NCBI GenBank assembly: GCA_000004985.1
Contig: GG738884.1
Origin: Naegleria gruberi
Lineage: Eukaryota
Strand: one strand, 5' to 3'
Length of the DNA stretch: 64,000 nt
Of this stretch, positions 1 to 9,375 are shown piece by piece. Under the pieces are notes generated by a model. It searched no databases. It was given only the letters and a program-made list of their open reading frames with translations, and was not told the origin of the DNA. Each line of letters opens with the position of its first letter. Position 1 is the first letter of the stretch. The position numbers were made by a program, and so were the translations under genes.

Positions 1-828
1 CACCATCTGTGTAAGCTTGAAGTGCACTCTTGGCTTGATTATTCAACAAGAGCATTTCCTTCTTGGCAGCTCTGGCATAACCAATAAATCTTGACAATTT
101 ATCATCTTCCAAAGTGGAACTGTCAGCAATTTCACTCAACCTACCCTGGGACACTCTTCTAATAAGATCCATTTGGAAGAGTCTTTCTTGGGCAGTTGCA
201 AACCCTTGACCAAATATCATGTCTAACTCTTTTTCTCCATCCACATAAATAATTCCATTCACATCTCTCCTTATATTAATTTTTGTGTTTGGTGTTAAAT
301 AGGAAGGATATGATTTTAAATAAGTGTTTGTTTCCAATACAATTGATTTTACATTGAGTGTGCCACTCTTATTCACAATAGAAGAAAGAGGAATGGCCAT
401 AAATACTACGTATACAATTAGAAAAACTGCAAACAAAATTGCACTCACAACACAACTCGTTACAAACAAGCAATAAATTGTTCCCTTCACAACACCTCTC
501 AAAGAGTGAGCTTTCCATATCAAAAACAGTGCAAAAGCAATACACACTCCCATTGATGCACAAGCCACCAATGACAATGTCAAAATTATAGCCAATTCGG
601 CTCTTTCACACTTTACACATTGTTTAGGAAACACACCGTATAAACTAAATGAAAGTGCCAAGGTAACAATGATGAAGAATATCGACAAGCCAACAGCCGA
701 AAGTGATATTATAGATGAAGGTGTTTTCAATTGATGATCACTATGTAAATGATCACCAGTGCTAGTAGAATTAGAATTGGACCGTACTTCTCTTGTAGTC
801 AATCCATCTTCGTGATAATTGGTAGCCA
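1..828 (-). CDS. Penicillin amidase (Ntn-hydrolase, PF01804-like) family protein, N-terminal part only; the 3' end of the gene lies beyond the window start. Has an N-terminal signal anchor/TM segment.
   Basis: Minus-strand ATG at 826-828; the frame stays open to position 1. My translation: MATNYHEDG...IFFIIVTLALSF (TM)...IYVDGEKELDMIFGQGFATAQERLFQMDLIRRVSQGRLSEIADSSTLEDDKLSRFIGYARAAKKEMLLLNNQAKSALQAYTDG. This matches the conserved N-terminal A-subunit motif of the penicillin/cephalosporin acylase family (GxGxAxAQDRLxQMxxxRRxxxGRLSE). The partial ORF is missing from the ORF track. Confidence 0.55.
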
Positions 829-1768
829 TTTAGAAAATAATATTATTATTATAATTATAAATTATAATGTCTTGAGTGATGCATAACTTTGCAGTAATTT
901 TCGGTATTATTCAAAATCACCAGTGATGCACTTTCTTTTTGTTTTTTTCAAGTTGTAAAGACCTAATATCGCCATTTGGAAGAAGATAGTTTCAATCTCC
1001 AACAACAACAAATTGCAGTTAGAACCTTACATTGTACAGAGTGTGTTGTCTCTTCTCAAACAAACAAGGAGTATGTCTTGGTTAGACGAGCGACATGACA
1101 GAGAAGGACTATTAAGCGGACCTATTGATCCGTTCTACAAGTTTTCCAGTTTCGCTGGGTTTGCAAGAGCGGAAAATGTTTAAGAATTGGTCAATAAGGT
1201 ATTTAAATTACGGTATCAATTTGGGTAGTGGTAATACCCTATATCTCAAAACCAGGTAAGATCTATTTTAGCAATAAATTCTCTATCAAAATTTCTCGTT
1301 CATGTAAGCATCTAGTGAATTCTTAATTACCTCTAACGATATGTTTCTATTCCTTTTGCAATCCAATTTAGGCTATACCTGAGTGAACATTCATTTTGTT
1401 TACCAGCCTCCATTACAATAGAAAAATCATTTCTCAAATCCTTTTTACTGTGGTGAAAACTACTTCTCTATCGATTATTTTTCAAGCAATTATTAAGCAA
1501 AAATTGGCATTATTCACTCTATGAATTATTTATCTCGTTATTTACAAAATGAACAGACTCCTCAGGCATCACCGAGTAACTCTAATATGGTCTTCAAATA
1601 TCTTTAACAGCCTAATTTTCCTCATAAACAATTCACACAATCCAAATAAATTTTCAAAATGTTGTTCGCATCTTCCGATTGGTATTTTCTCTTCTTGTTT
1701 GCTTTCGGAAGAAAGTTAGTTTAAAGATCTTTGTAATGGTAGTAGGAAAGAGATTGCACATTGGACTA

Positions 1769-2587
1769 TTAATTTAATAATTCTTTTATTGAAATTGAAG
1801 TTCTGACTCTTCTAGGTTGTGAGAGATTGTGTAGTAGTTGTTGTTGTGTTTGTGAGAAATGGGATGAGGAAAATGGAGCAGTTGAAACACTTCCAATTTG
1901 TTGTGTTGGATAGGTTGTAATTGTTTGTGGATTTTTCTCTCCAATGTATTGTGAAATTTCATGAAGGGTTGACTCGAATTTTGCATCAGAATTCAATCCT
2001 GTTGAATTTGCACTGCTGCTACTACTACAACTGTTGCTGCTGTTGCTCGATTGATGATCTGATTGACCATTTGAACCGTTTGAAACTCCTGTCATGGTGA
2101 AGGAAATTACATTTTCATAAGGTTGCACTTGATCACATCTCTTTGTTCTCTTTCTCTTTTTCATGGTATAATCAAAGAATTTGAATGAATCTCTAGCTTT
2201 GTATGGTTTGGTAATTTTGTGAGTTGGGGAATGGATAATTGGATTTGAAAGTGTTTGGTAAAAAACATGTTGGTCAATTGGTGGATTTTCGAATAGATGT
2301 TGTGGATGGGTATTAGGATAGGATGAAGTACTTGATGTAGAGGAAGAAACAGAAGGTGAACGCTGTTCACACATGGATGACCATGAATAATTATTAGAAA
2401 GTGATGGAGAAACATGACCACCAAGAGAATATTTAACAGGTGTTGTACCATCCAAAGTGGTGTGTAATTTATCTTGATGCCAACGAAACACCTTTCCACT
2501 CTTATGTTTAATCATCTTGGAAAGATTTGATGAGTGCTGACACACTTCAGATGGTGTTACAATAGTAAATGATGCTGCTTGACTCAT
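1769..2587 (-). CDS. Hypothetical Ser/Thr-rich protein with a basic KKRKRTKR motif (possible nuclear localisation signal).
   Basis: ORF-track entry 1769..2593. Its first M is a TTG codon, so I take the first ATG (2585-2587) as the start. No family recognised; Ser-rich low complexity. Confidence 0.35.
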   Translation of the reverse strand: MSQAASFTIVTPSEVCQHSSNLSKMIKHKSGKVFRWHQDKLHTTLDGTTPVKYSLGGHVSPSLSNNYSWSSMCEQRSPSVSSSTSSTSSYPNTHPQHLFENPPIDQHVFYQTLSNPIIHSPTHKITKPYKARDSFKFFDYTMKKRKRTKRCDQVQPYENVISFTMTGVSNGSNGQSDHQSSNSSNSCSSSSSANSTGLNSDAKFESTLHEISQYIGEKNPQTITTYPTQQIGSVSTAPFSSSHFSQTQQQLLHNLSQPRRVRTSISIKELLN

Positions 2588-4201
2588 TTCCAATAAGAAG
2601 ACTCACTAAAGATTAATACCTATAGCTATGCAGTTAGTGTGACCACTTGTTTAAATTAGTTTATACTATTGTTTCCAATAGAAGCGGTATAATAAATTGT
2701 TTTTTTTTCTGAAAGAAGTCTAACAGTAACTGAGCATGCGACCTTTATTCCATCAACAACATGTTTTGCAATACACTTTGAGAATTAAATACAAGTTTGG
2801 TACTTCGATCACAAAGTATGCACAAGTCAATTGTTGCATGAAGAGTTTCATGTGAGATGCAGCGCAAAAAAAGTAGCGGTTGTAATACAAGATCCAATTG
2901 TACAATTATATCGAAATTGATCTTGATAATGGTAATTTTTGTTGCCCAAGTGAATTTGTTTTTGGCAAGGAAAAACACATTTTTGGAGAATAAAATTGAA
3001 ATTGTTCATGATACCATTTATATTCATTACCAGTTATGATGATTGAGAACGGAAATGTAATTTTAAAAAAAAAGTTGGTAAGCAAATCACATGACATTGT
3101 TAAAATCGTGAAATTAGTTTGCTAAAAAGATAAGAAGGACTTTGTTGAAAATGAACTTATTTGTGTCAAAATCTATTCGAAAGGAAAGCAACAACTTTAG
3201 GAATTAGTCTTTACTTTTATGTATTTGAAGAGTTAAAAAGAGGGAAAGGGTCTCTACAAGGTGTTTGATTAAATAGGTTTCGTATAAGTTGGCTCTTTAA
3301 AAATGGCTTTTTATTGGAAAGTGAAGAGAATCATGACATTAACATTTATCAAGTGTTAATATCTCTTGATGATTTCTTTTCTTTATTAATTAAAAATTCT
3401 CATTGTAATCCTATTGTAATGTTAATACATTATCCGAAATTGGTAATGATAAATACTCAACATCTGTTGTATCAAAGTTTCTAATTCGAATAGATAATTT
3501 TTTCAACGTTGAACCCCTTATTGGAAAATGAATTAATCAAAATATTCGATACAATGCGACATGATCACCACAACATCTAGGTTCCAATTCTAATGATTTA
3601 CAAATTGGAGTTTTTACAGTTTTTGTTAAATGAATAACATTCAGGGATGATTGTTTAAGAAGGAAAAAATCGAATAAATTCTTTCGGATAGTATCGAATA
3701 GAATACATGAAATTTGGGTGATACTTTTCAATTTGGTCAATTTACACGTTAATAAAACGGTTCTCACTAAAGTTTATGAGATTGCTACACTTATTGTCCT
3801 CACGCAATCAATTATTTTAGTTTATTTCCTTGATTAACAACCAAAACAACAAAATTGTAATGATTCATGAAAGTAGTTTCAAAGTTTGGAATATAATGGA
3901 ACATCTTCTCTCCAATTATCCTTCTTGAAATACTTCTTAGCCATTATCAGACAAGTCAATGCTCTTTGCCTTGGATTTTGGGATCCCAAAACAAGTCCAT
4001 TTGCATTGGCTGGATCATAATTAGAAATATGCACATTGAATGAAAACCACTGTGGTTCCTTATTGATTTAAGATGAATGGTTTCAAGTTACAATAAAAGA
4101 AATATGATAAAATAACAATATGAAACCTTCATTCCAAAGGTGTGATGACTTCATTGACCACAAGTTCTAAGACATATAGAAAATTTTCATCATGAATGTA
4201 A

Positions 4202-4275
4202 GCAGCGATAGATCAGTTGGTTAGATCGTAAGCCTAACACGCTTAAGGTCGCGGGTTCAAGCCCCGCTCGCTGTA
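4202..4275 (+). tRNA. tRNA-Val, anticodon AAC
   Basis: Full cloverleaf read from the sequence. Acceptor GCAGCGA/TCGCTGT (G1:U72 wobble), then U8 A9. D-stem GATC/GATC with a 9-nt loop AGTTGGTTA. Anticodon stem TAAGC/GCTTA with loop CTAACAC (anticodon AAC at 4236-4238). Variable loop AGGTC; T-stem GCGGG/CCCGC; T-loop TTCAAGC; discriminator A. A-box-like and B-box-like (GGTTCAAGCCC) internal promoter elements are present. Confidence 0.9.
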
Positions 4276-4278
4276 ACC

Positions 4279-4282
4279 TTTT
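4279..4282 (+). terminator. Candidate RNA polymerase III terminator (T-run) just 3' of tRNA-Val
   Basis: TTTT starts 4 nt after the discriminator base; more T5 runs at about 4291 and 4314. Confidence 0.45.
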
Positions 4283-4338
4283 AACCAGTTTTTAACCATA
4301 ATTTAATCAACATTTTTACAACTTCAACAATTTTCTGA

Positions 4339-5706
4339 ATGTTCAAAACAACAACAATACCTAAATTAATCACAAAAAAAATGCCAAAACACAACAAATC
4401 TCTCACCACATCCAAATCAATTCCATCATCGGAAGAACACTCGGGAATTAAAAAAAAGCAAAATACACAAACTGTCTTGGTTAATTCCATCAGAAAGAAA
4501 AAAATAGAAAGAGCCATCAAGAATGATTATGAAACTGAGAAGGCTAAAAAGGAAGAAGATAAGAATGATTTTCTCTCCAAGATGAGTGAAGACTATAATC
4601 CAACATCAACGGAAGGTCAATTCGAAATGATGAGAGGCTTGATGAAAAAGACAACTAAAAAATCAGGTCTTGATATCTTTGATGATGATGAGGAAATGGA
4701 AGAATCTAAAAAGAAGGATGAGGAACCAATTGATGAAAATCATCTTGTAAAAACTAGTGAACAACAAGTTTCAATTTTGGAAAAAGTCTTGTCGAAAAAG
4801 AAGAAATCCGAAGAACTCAAGAAAAAGTATGAAAAGAAGGAAGCTATGGAAAAGATTGCTTTGGAACAATTACCATTCTCAAAGAGTACTACCAAGTCAA
4901 CAACCACTCCATCATCAACATCAGCAACAACAACATCAAGTGTGAAATCAACAACAACAACAACAACAACAGACTTTATTCCACTTGCTGTTCCACAAAC
5001 AGAAGTTAAATCCATTGATAAGGATTTACCTTTCGTGAAGGCACCAATCTCTAAAACTATTTGCTTGCATTGTGAAAGAGAAAGAACCATCAGGGGTTTA
5101 ATGATCAAATATGTTATTGTCACCAACGATCAAGATGAAGTTATTTATCATGCTGCTTCAGAAGATACACTCCGAGCCATTGCTGAAGATAAAGAAGCAG
5201 TAGCCTCATCAACACAGGCAAATATTTCTCTGGGAGAGGTCACTTACTCACTCCTCACTATTCGTGAACATTTGAGTAAGATTTTCAGAAAAACTTTTGT
5301 AATTGTTGGTTACACAATTTACAATGACATGATTGGTATTTTTGGTCCAAGAAATATTCGTGAATTCCAAAGTAAATTGAGAGATGTCGGTATTGTGGAT
5401 CCAAACACAGAACAACCACTCGATAGATCCATGCTTACCAATGTATCCGTACTCTTGAGCAAATTGCTTGGTCTCAACAATACCAAAAAGATGACTCGTA
5501 TCGAAAACACAACCAATATCTATAAGGCTTACAAATTGCATTCCAAGATTTTTGACAAGTATTCAAAACAATCTTCACTCGATTTATTAGGATTTGAGGA
5601 AAGACAATTAATCAAGAAGGAAAAGAAAGTTCAATACCAACAAAAATACATGACTGCAATCAATGGCAGTATTGACAATATTCTCTCTCAAATGAAGAAT
5701 AAATAA
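4339..5706 (+). CDS. Hypothetical protein (455 aa) with a Lys/Glu-rich N-terminal half and a poly-Thr tract
   Basis: ATG at 4339, 64 nt downstream of the tRNA. Long open frame with A/T third-position bias. Low-complexity KKK/EEE region and an STTTTTTTD tract encoded by (ACA)n. The C-terminal roughly 230 aa looks globular; no family recognised. Confidence 0.5.
   Translation: MFKTTTIPKLITKKMPKHNKSLTTSKSIPSSEEHSGIKKKQNTQTVLVNSIRKKKIERAIKNDYETEKAKKEEDKNDFLSKMSEDYNPTSTEGQFEMMRGLMKKTTKKSGLDIFDDDEEMEESKKKDEEPIDENHLVKTSEQQVSILEKVLSKKKKSEELKKKYEKKEAMEKIALEQLPFSKSTTKSTTTPSSTSATTTSSVKSTTTTTTTDFIPLAVPQTEVKSIDKDLPFVKAPISKTICLHCERERTIRGLMIKYVIVTNDQDEVIYHAASEDTLRAIAEDKEAVASSTQANISLGEVTYSLLTIREHLSKIFRKTFVIVGYTIYNDMIGIFGPRNIREFQSKLRDVGIVDPNTEQPLDRSMLTNVSVLLSKLLGLNNTKKMTRIENTTNIYKAYKLHSKIFDKYSKQSSLDLLGFEERQLIKKEKKVQYQQKYMTAINGSIDNILSQMKNK
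4951..4972 (+). repeat. (ACA)7 microsatellite encoding poly-Thr
   Basis: acaacaacaacaacaacaacag read directly inside CDS 4339..5706. Confidence 0.7.
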
Positions 5707-5994
5707 GATGAAATTTCTAATGAGGACTCTGATGATTTCAAAACAAAGTCGTAACCAATTTGGTCCCAGACAGCAATTGCCCCGAGAGTGATTAACAAAC
5801 TTGCACCCTCATCCGGAGTTTCAGCAAAGATTGAGGAAGCTTTTCTCCCATCTTCTTACCGTTAGAATTTTATCTATTAAAAAATACGTCACCACGTTTG
5901 CTTGTTGGATTCTTTTTTAGCGTCATCAAGAAAGATTTTTTCTAAAGAACAAACTCTGTGAATATATATTACTTTTATAATAACAACATCAAAA

Positions 5995-6942
5995 ATGTCC
6001 AATACAGGAGGAGAAGTGCAGGAATACTTGTATAAGATTCTAGTAGTTGGCGATATAGGTACCGGAAAGACTAGTATTATTAAACGATATGTACATAATA
6101 TTTTCTCTAATACATACAAATCAACTGTAAGTTTATTTGGATACTTGATGGATTAATGATTGTGAATGTATTTAATTCATGGTGTTATGTTGATAAACTG
6201 ACTTTTAGATTGGTGTTGATTTTGCTCTCAAAGTTTTAAACTGGGACGACAACATCATAATTAGACTTCAATTATGGGATATTGCCGGTCAGGTAAGCAT
6301 TGTTTTAGATTAAATCATACTAATTATTTACTTTATTAATATCTAATGAAAATAATACACTATCAATTACTAATGATGATATTAACAAATACTTTACTAA
6401 TAATTTTACATCAAATGATGAACATTTACGATTAACAATCATCACGTTTTGCTAATTTTAATCAATTATTAATAATGATTGACAATTAATAGGAAAGATT
6501 CGGTTCCATGACAAGAGTTTACTACAAGGAGGCTGTTGGTGCTTTTGTTGTGTATGATATTACTCGTCCTCCAACATTTGAAGCTGTACAAAAGTGGAAG
6601 AGTGATATTGAACACAAAGTTTTCCTTCCTGATGAACGTCCAATTCCTTGTGTATTACTTGCCAACAAGTGCGATCTTCCAAGTGCTGTTTCCAAATCAA
6701 AGGAAGAAATGGATCAATATTGTCAAGAAAATGGATTTATTGGTTGGTTTGAAACAAGTGCAAAGGACGATAAGAATATCAACGAAGCTGCCAACTTTTT
6801 AGTGAAAAAGATCTTGGAAAATCATGCAGAAATGAACAAACAACAAGGTGAAGAACAACCACGTGATGATGTTGTTCAATTCAGTGAAAAACCTCAATCA
6901 CAAAATCCAAAACCATCATCTTCAGGTGGATGTCAATGTTAA
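5995..6942 (+). CDS. Rab32/Rab38-family small GTPase, 221 aa, 3 exons: 5995..6126, 6209..6292, 6493..6942
   Basis: Exon 1 is MSNTGGEVQEYLYKILVVGDIGTGKTSIIKRYV...YKST, with a P-loop GDxGxGKT. Exon 2 is IGVDFALKVLNWDDNIIIRLQLWDIAGQ. Exon 3 is ERFGSMTRVYYKEAVGAFVVYDITRP...LLANKCDL...ETSAKD...GGCQC (WDIAGQERFG, NKxD, SAK and a C-terminal CXC prenylation motif). Introns are GTAAGT..TTTTAG (82 nt) and GTAAGC..AATAG (200 nt). The WDIAGQERFGxMTRVYYKEAVGAFVV stretch is characteristic of the Rab32/38 subfamily. Confidence 0.85.
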
Positions 6943-7157
6943 ATTATTTTCAATTTGGATTACTTTGGAACTGACCGAATGTCAGTTTAGTAGTCATTTT
7001 TTGTGACACTTTTCAAATAACTGTACATAGAGAGCTTGATGCATCTCACACAAGTAAATATATTGTTGTTTAATCATATCAAGTTGTCAGTATCCTCTTT
7101 TCTACCAAGTATTAAAACATTTTTCAGACAAAAACGAAGATTGTACAATTTAATTTT

Positions 7158-8864
7158 TTAATCAAAAGATACTTTCCTTCTTTCTTCACTAGTTTTTGGT
7201 TTTTCCTCATTATTTGATTCTTCCAAGTCTATTGGTTCAGTAATTATCTTGGAATTACGATTCTTGTTGAAAGCAGCTTCGAGTGAGGACTGGTATTCAT
7301 TACATCCCGTCTCAGGTGTGTGCCTATTTTGAAAACGTCTTTCCATAAATCTTCCACCAATCTGTTTGACCCCTGTTGAAACTGTTGGGGAGGTACTCTT
7401 GTGTAATATTGAGGAATGTGGTTTGCTTTCTGAAACGGATGGTAAATCTGATGAAGGGGATGGAGAATGACTAGTTTCATCATTTTCAGTCTTTTTATCA
7501 GATTTGGCGATCATTTTCTCCTTCTTTTCTGAAAGATGGGAGAATTTAGAATCTATTATTTCCTCCTCCTCGTCATCGTCATTGGTTTTCTTGATCTTAA
7601 TTTCCTCATCATCCTTTTCCCAGTCACTGTCATCACTTTCATCATTATCATCTATAACGACTGGTTTCTTAACTGTCACAATTGGTTGCTTGGCAGTTGT
7701 ATTTCTAATGGATACAGCTAAGCGTGGAGATTCACTTGTTTCAATACTTGGTGTGACATTTACTTCTGTTGGTGAATTTGGTGATTGAATATCCTTATTG
7801 GAAGGAACATTTTGGGTGGTTTCTTTCTGTGAAACAATAGGTTGCTGTTGTTGTGGAATGTTAGTGATTCCATGGTTGATAATTTCCAAATTTGAATCAA
7901 TGCTAGTCAATTTGAGCATTGCTTGAAGAGGAGAAACTAAACATGTGGAAAATTCTCTTTCAATAAACTCTCTTAGGCCAACAATTTCATCTCTTCCTCT
8001 AAAATTAACATTCAAACCAAAGATTACATCTCTAATAAAATACAAGGTAATAGTAGTGAAAAGTAAGAGGGATAATAATTGTGGAAGAATGGAACTAGTT
8101 TCCAATTGTTTCTTAATAAATGGAATTGATGTGTTAAATGCTAATTTTTCACCTCCCCAACTTATATCAGTACTTTCCAAAATACTAGGAATGAAACTAA
8201 TCCAATCGAAACTAGCTTGTTTTAACGAAACTACTACATTTGATAGGAAAAGAGACAAGATACAAAACCAATAAACCATCATTCTACTCTCTCTCACATA
8301 AGACTTATTCACAATCAAAGAAATATATGGCAACACAACCAATGGAATGTGAATCAACCATTGCAACATGAAAATCAACTTGGTTGCCGAAAGATTTACA
8401 TTCGTAACAAGTCTCTTCTCATGTTCAAATCCCACAGAGAAGGAAACCACAAAATGATCAGATGCCGACCCAATATTCTCACTACTACCTACTACAGATG
8501 ATGGCTGCTTTTCCAGAAAGGATGACAACACCAAAGGTAACAAGACTGGACATATCAACTGACTCACCACCACCAAAAACAATGAATAATTAATTAGACT
8601 TTGAATGGTAGTAACAGGATTGAACCAAGATGATGATGATGATGTTTTGGAGAATTTACTAATGGTATGATCTGATGACAATGATTTTTGATTAAATTCA
8701 TCAACAATAATATTATCAACTAGTTGACGATTATTATAAGAATTAATAGCTATCATGGAAGGAGAAGGTAAATTAATTTTACCTCTTGTTGTTGTTGTTG
8801 TATCAAATGATGATGATGATAAGGGAGGACGGGAAACACCAGTCGAAGAAGAAGCACCAATCAT
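7158..8864 (-). CDS. Hypothetical multi-pass membrane protein (568 aa) with an acidic, Ser/Pro-rich C-terminal tail
   Basis: ATG at 8862-8864. Several hydrophobic segments in the N-terminal half; the C-terminal half is low-complexity (DDNDESDDSDWEKDDEE, S/P/T-rich). No family recognised. Confidence 0.5.
   Translation of the reverse strand: MIGASSSTGVSRPPLSSSSFDTTTTTRGKINLPSPSMIAINSYNNRQLVDNIIVDEFNQKSLSSDHTISKFSKTSSSSSWFNPVTTIQSLINYSLFLVVVSQLICPVLLPLVLSSFLEKQPSSVVGSSENIGSASDHFVVSFSVGFEHEKRLVTNVNLSATKLIFMLQWLIHIPLVVLPYISLIVNKSYVRESRMMVYWFCILSLFLSNVVVSLKQASFDWISFIPSILESTDISWGGEKLAFNTSIPFIKKQLETSSILPQLLSLLLFTTITLYFIRDVIFGLNVNFRGRDEIVGLREFIEREFSTCLVSPLQAMLKLTSIDSNLEIINHGITNIPQQQQPIVSQKETTQNVPSNKDIQSPNSPTEVNVTPSIETSESPRLAVSIRNTTAKQPIVTVKKPVVIDDNDESDDSDWEKDDEEIKIKKTNDDDEEEEIIDSKFSHLSEKKEKMIAKSDKKTENDETSHSPSPSSDLPSVSESKPHSSILHKSTSPTVSTGVKQIGGRFMERRFQNRHTPETGCNEYQSSLEAAFNKNRNSKIITEPIDLEESNNEEKPKTSEERRKVSFD
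8629..8644. repeat. (GAT)5 microsatellite
   Basis: gatgatgatgatgatg read directly from the sequence. Confidence 0.6.
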
Positions 8865-9375
8865 CTTTGAATTAGTTTTCTCTTAGTTTGCGCGGCAGTT
8901 ACGTTTTTTTGTAATTTTTTTAATGATGTTGGTTATTTTGAATAAATTTGTTCCAGATCCAACTTTGGAAAATATATTAATCGGATAATGAAAGGTTTAT
9001 GATACTTTCGTCTAGTTTCTACTACTGAAAAGGTGTTTGGAGTTGTGTGTTAGAGGAGTTAGATATTCTTTTTTAAAAAAGTTTATTTAAAATATTCAAT
9101 TTTCAGTGTGATTCAAAATTGTAACAAAAATGAATCTCTTTTTCGAATCTTGAAAAACTAATTCATGATGATTAAACTGTACATTGTAAAGTTCTTTCAA
9201 AAATTGATTGAATTTAAACTTGCATTCCACATCCTTTGGTTAGCTACTATCCAAAATGAAATCTATTAGATTCTTGATGGAACACAATTCTCCATTAATG
9301 AAACTCTACGCTCAATGATCGCGCTCAAAGGATCCGCTTCTTTCAAGCCTCAGCAAAATACAAAATCCAAAAAAA

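Noticed and set aside
4740-5126. 128-aa minus-strand ORF and a 62-aa plus ORF overlapping the 4339..5706 gene
   Set aside because: Antisense or alternate frame of the (ACA)n and Lys-rich low-complexity region, giving V-rich and basic junk peptides. The sense ORF is much longer and has a globular C-terminal domain.
7504-7788. Plus-strand ORFs (94 aa and 61 aa) antisense to the 7158..8864 gene
   Set aside because: They arise from the antisense of the acidic, Ser-rich repeat region (poly-Ser and Leu-rich output), so they are a by-product of low-complexity coding sequence.
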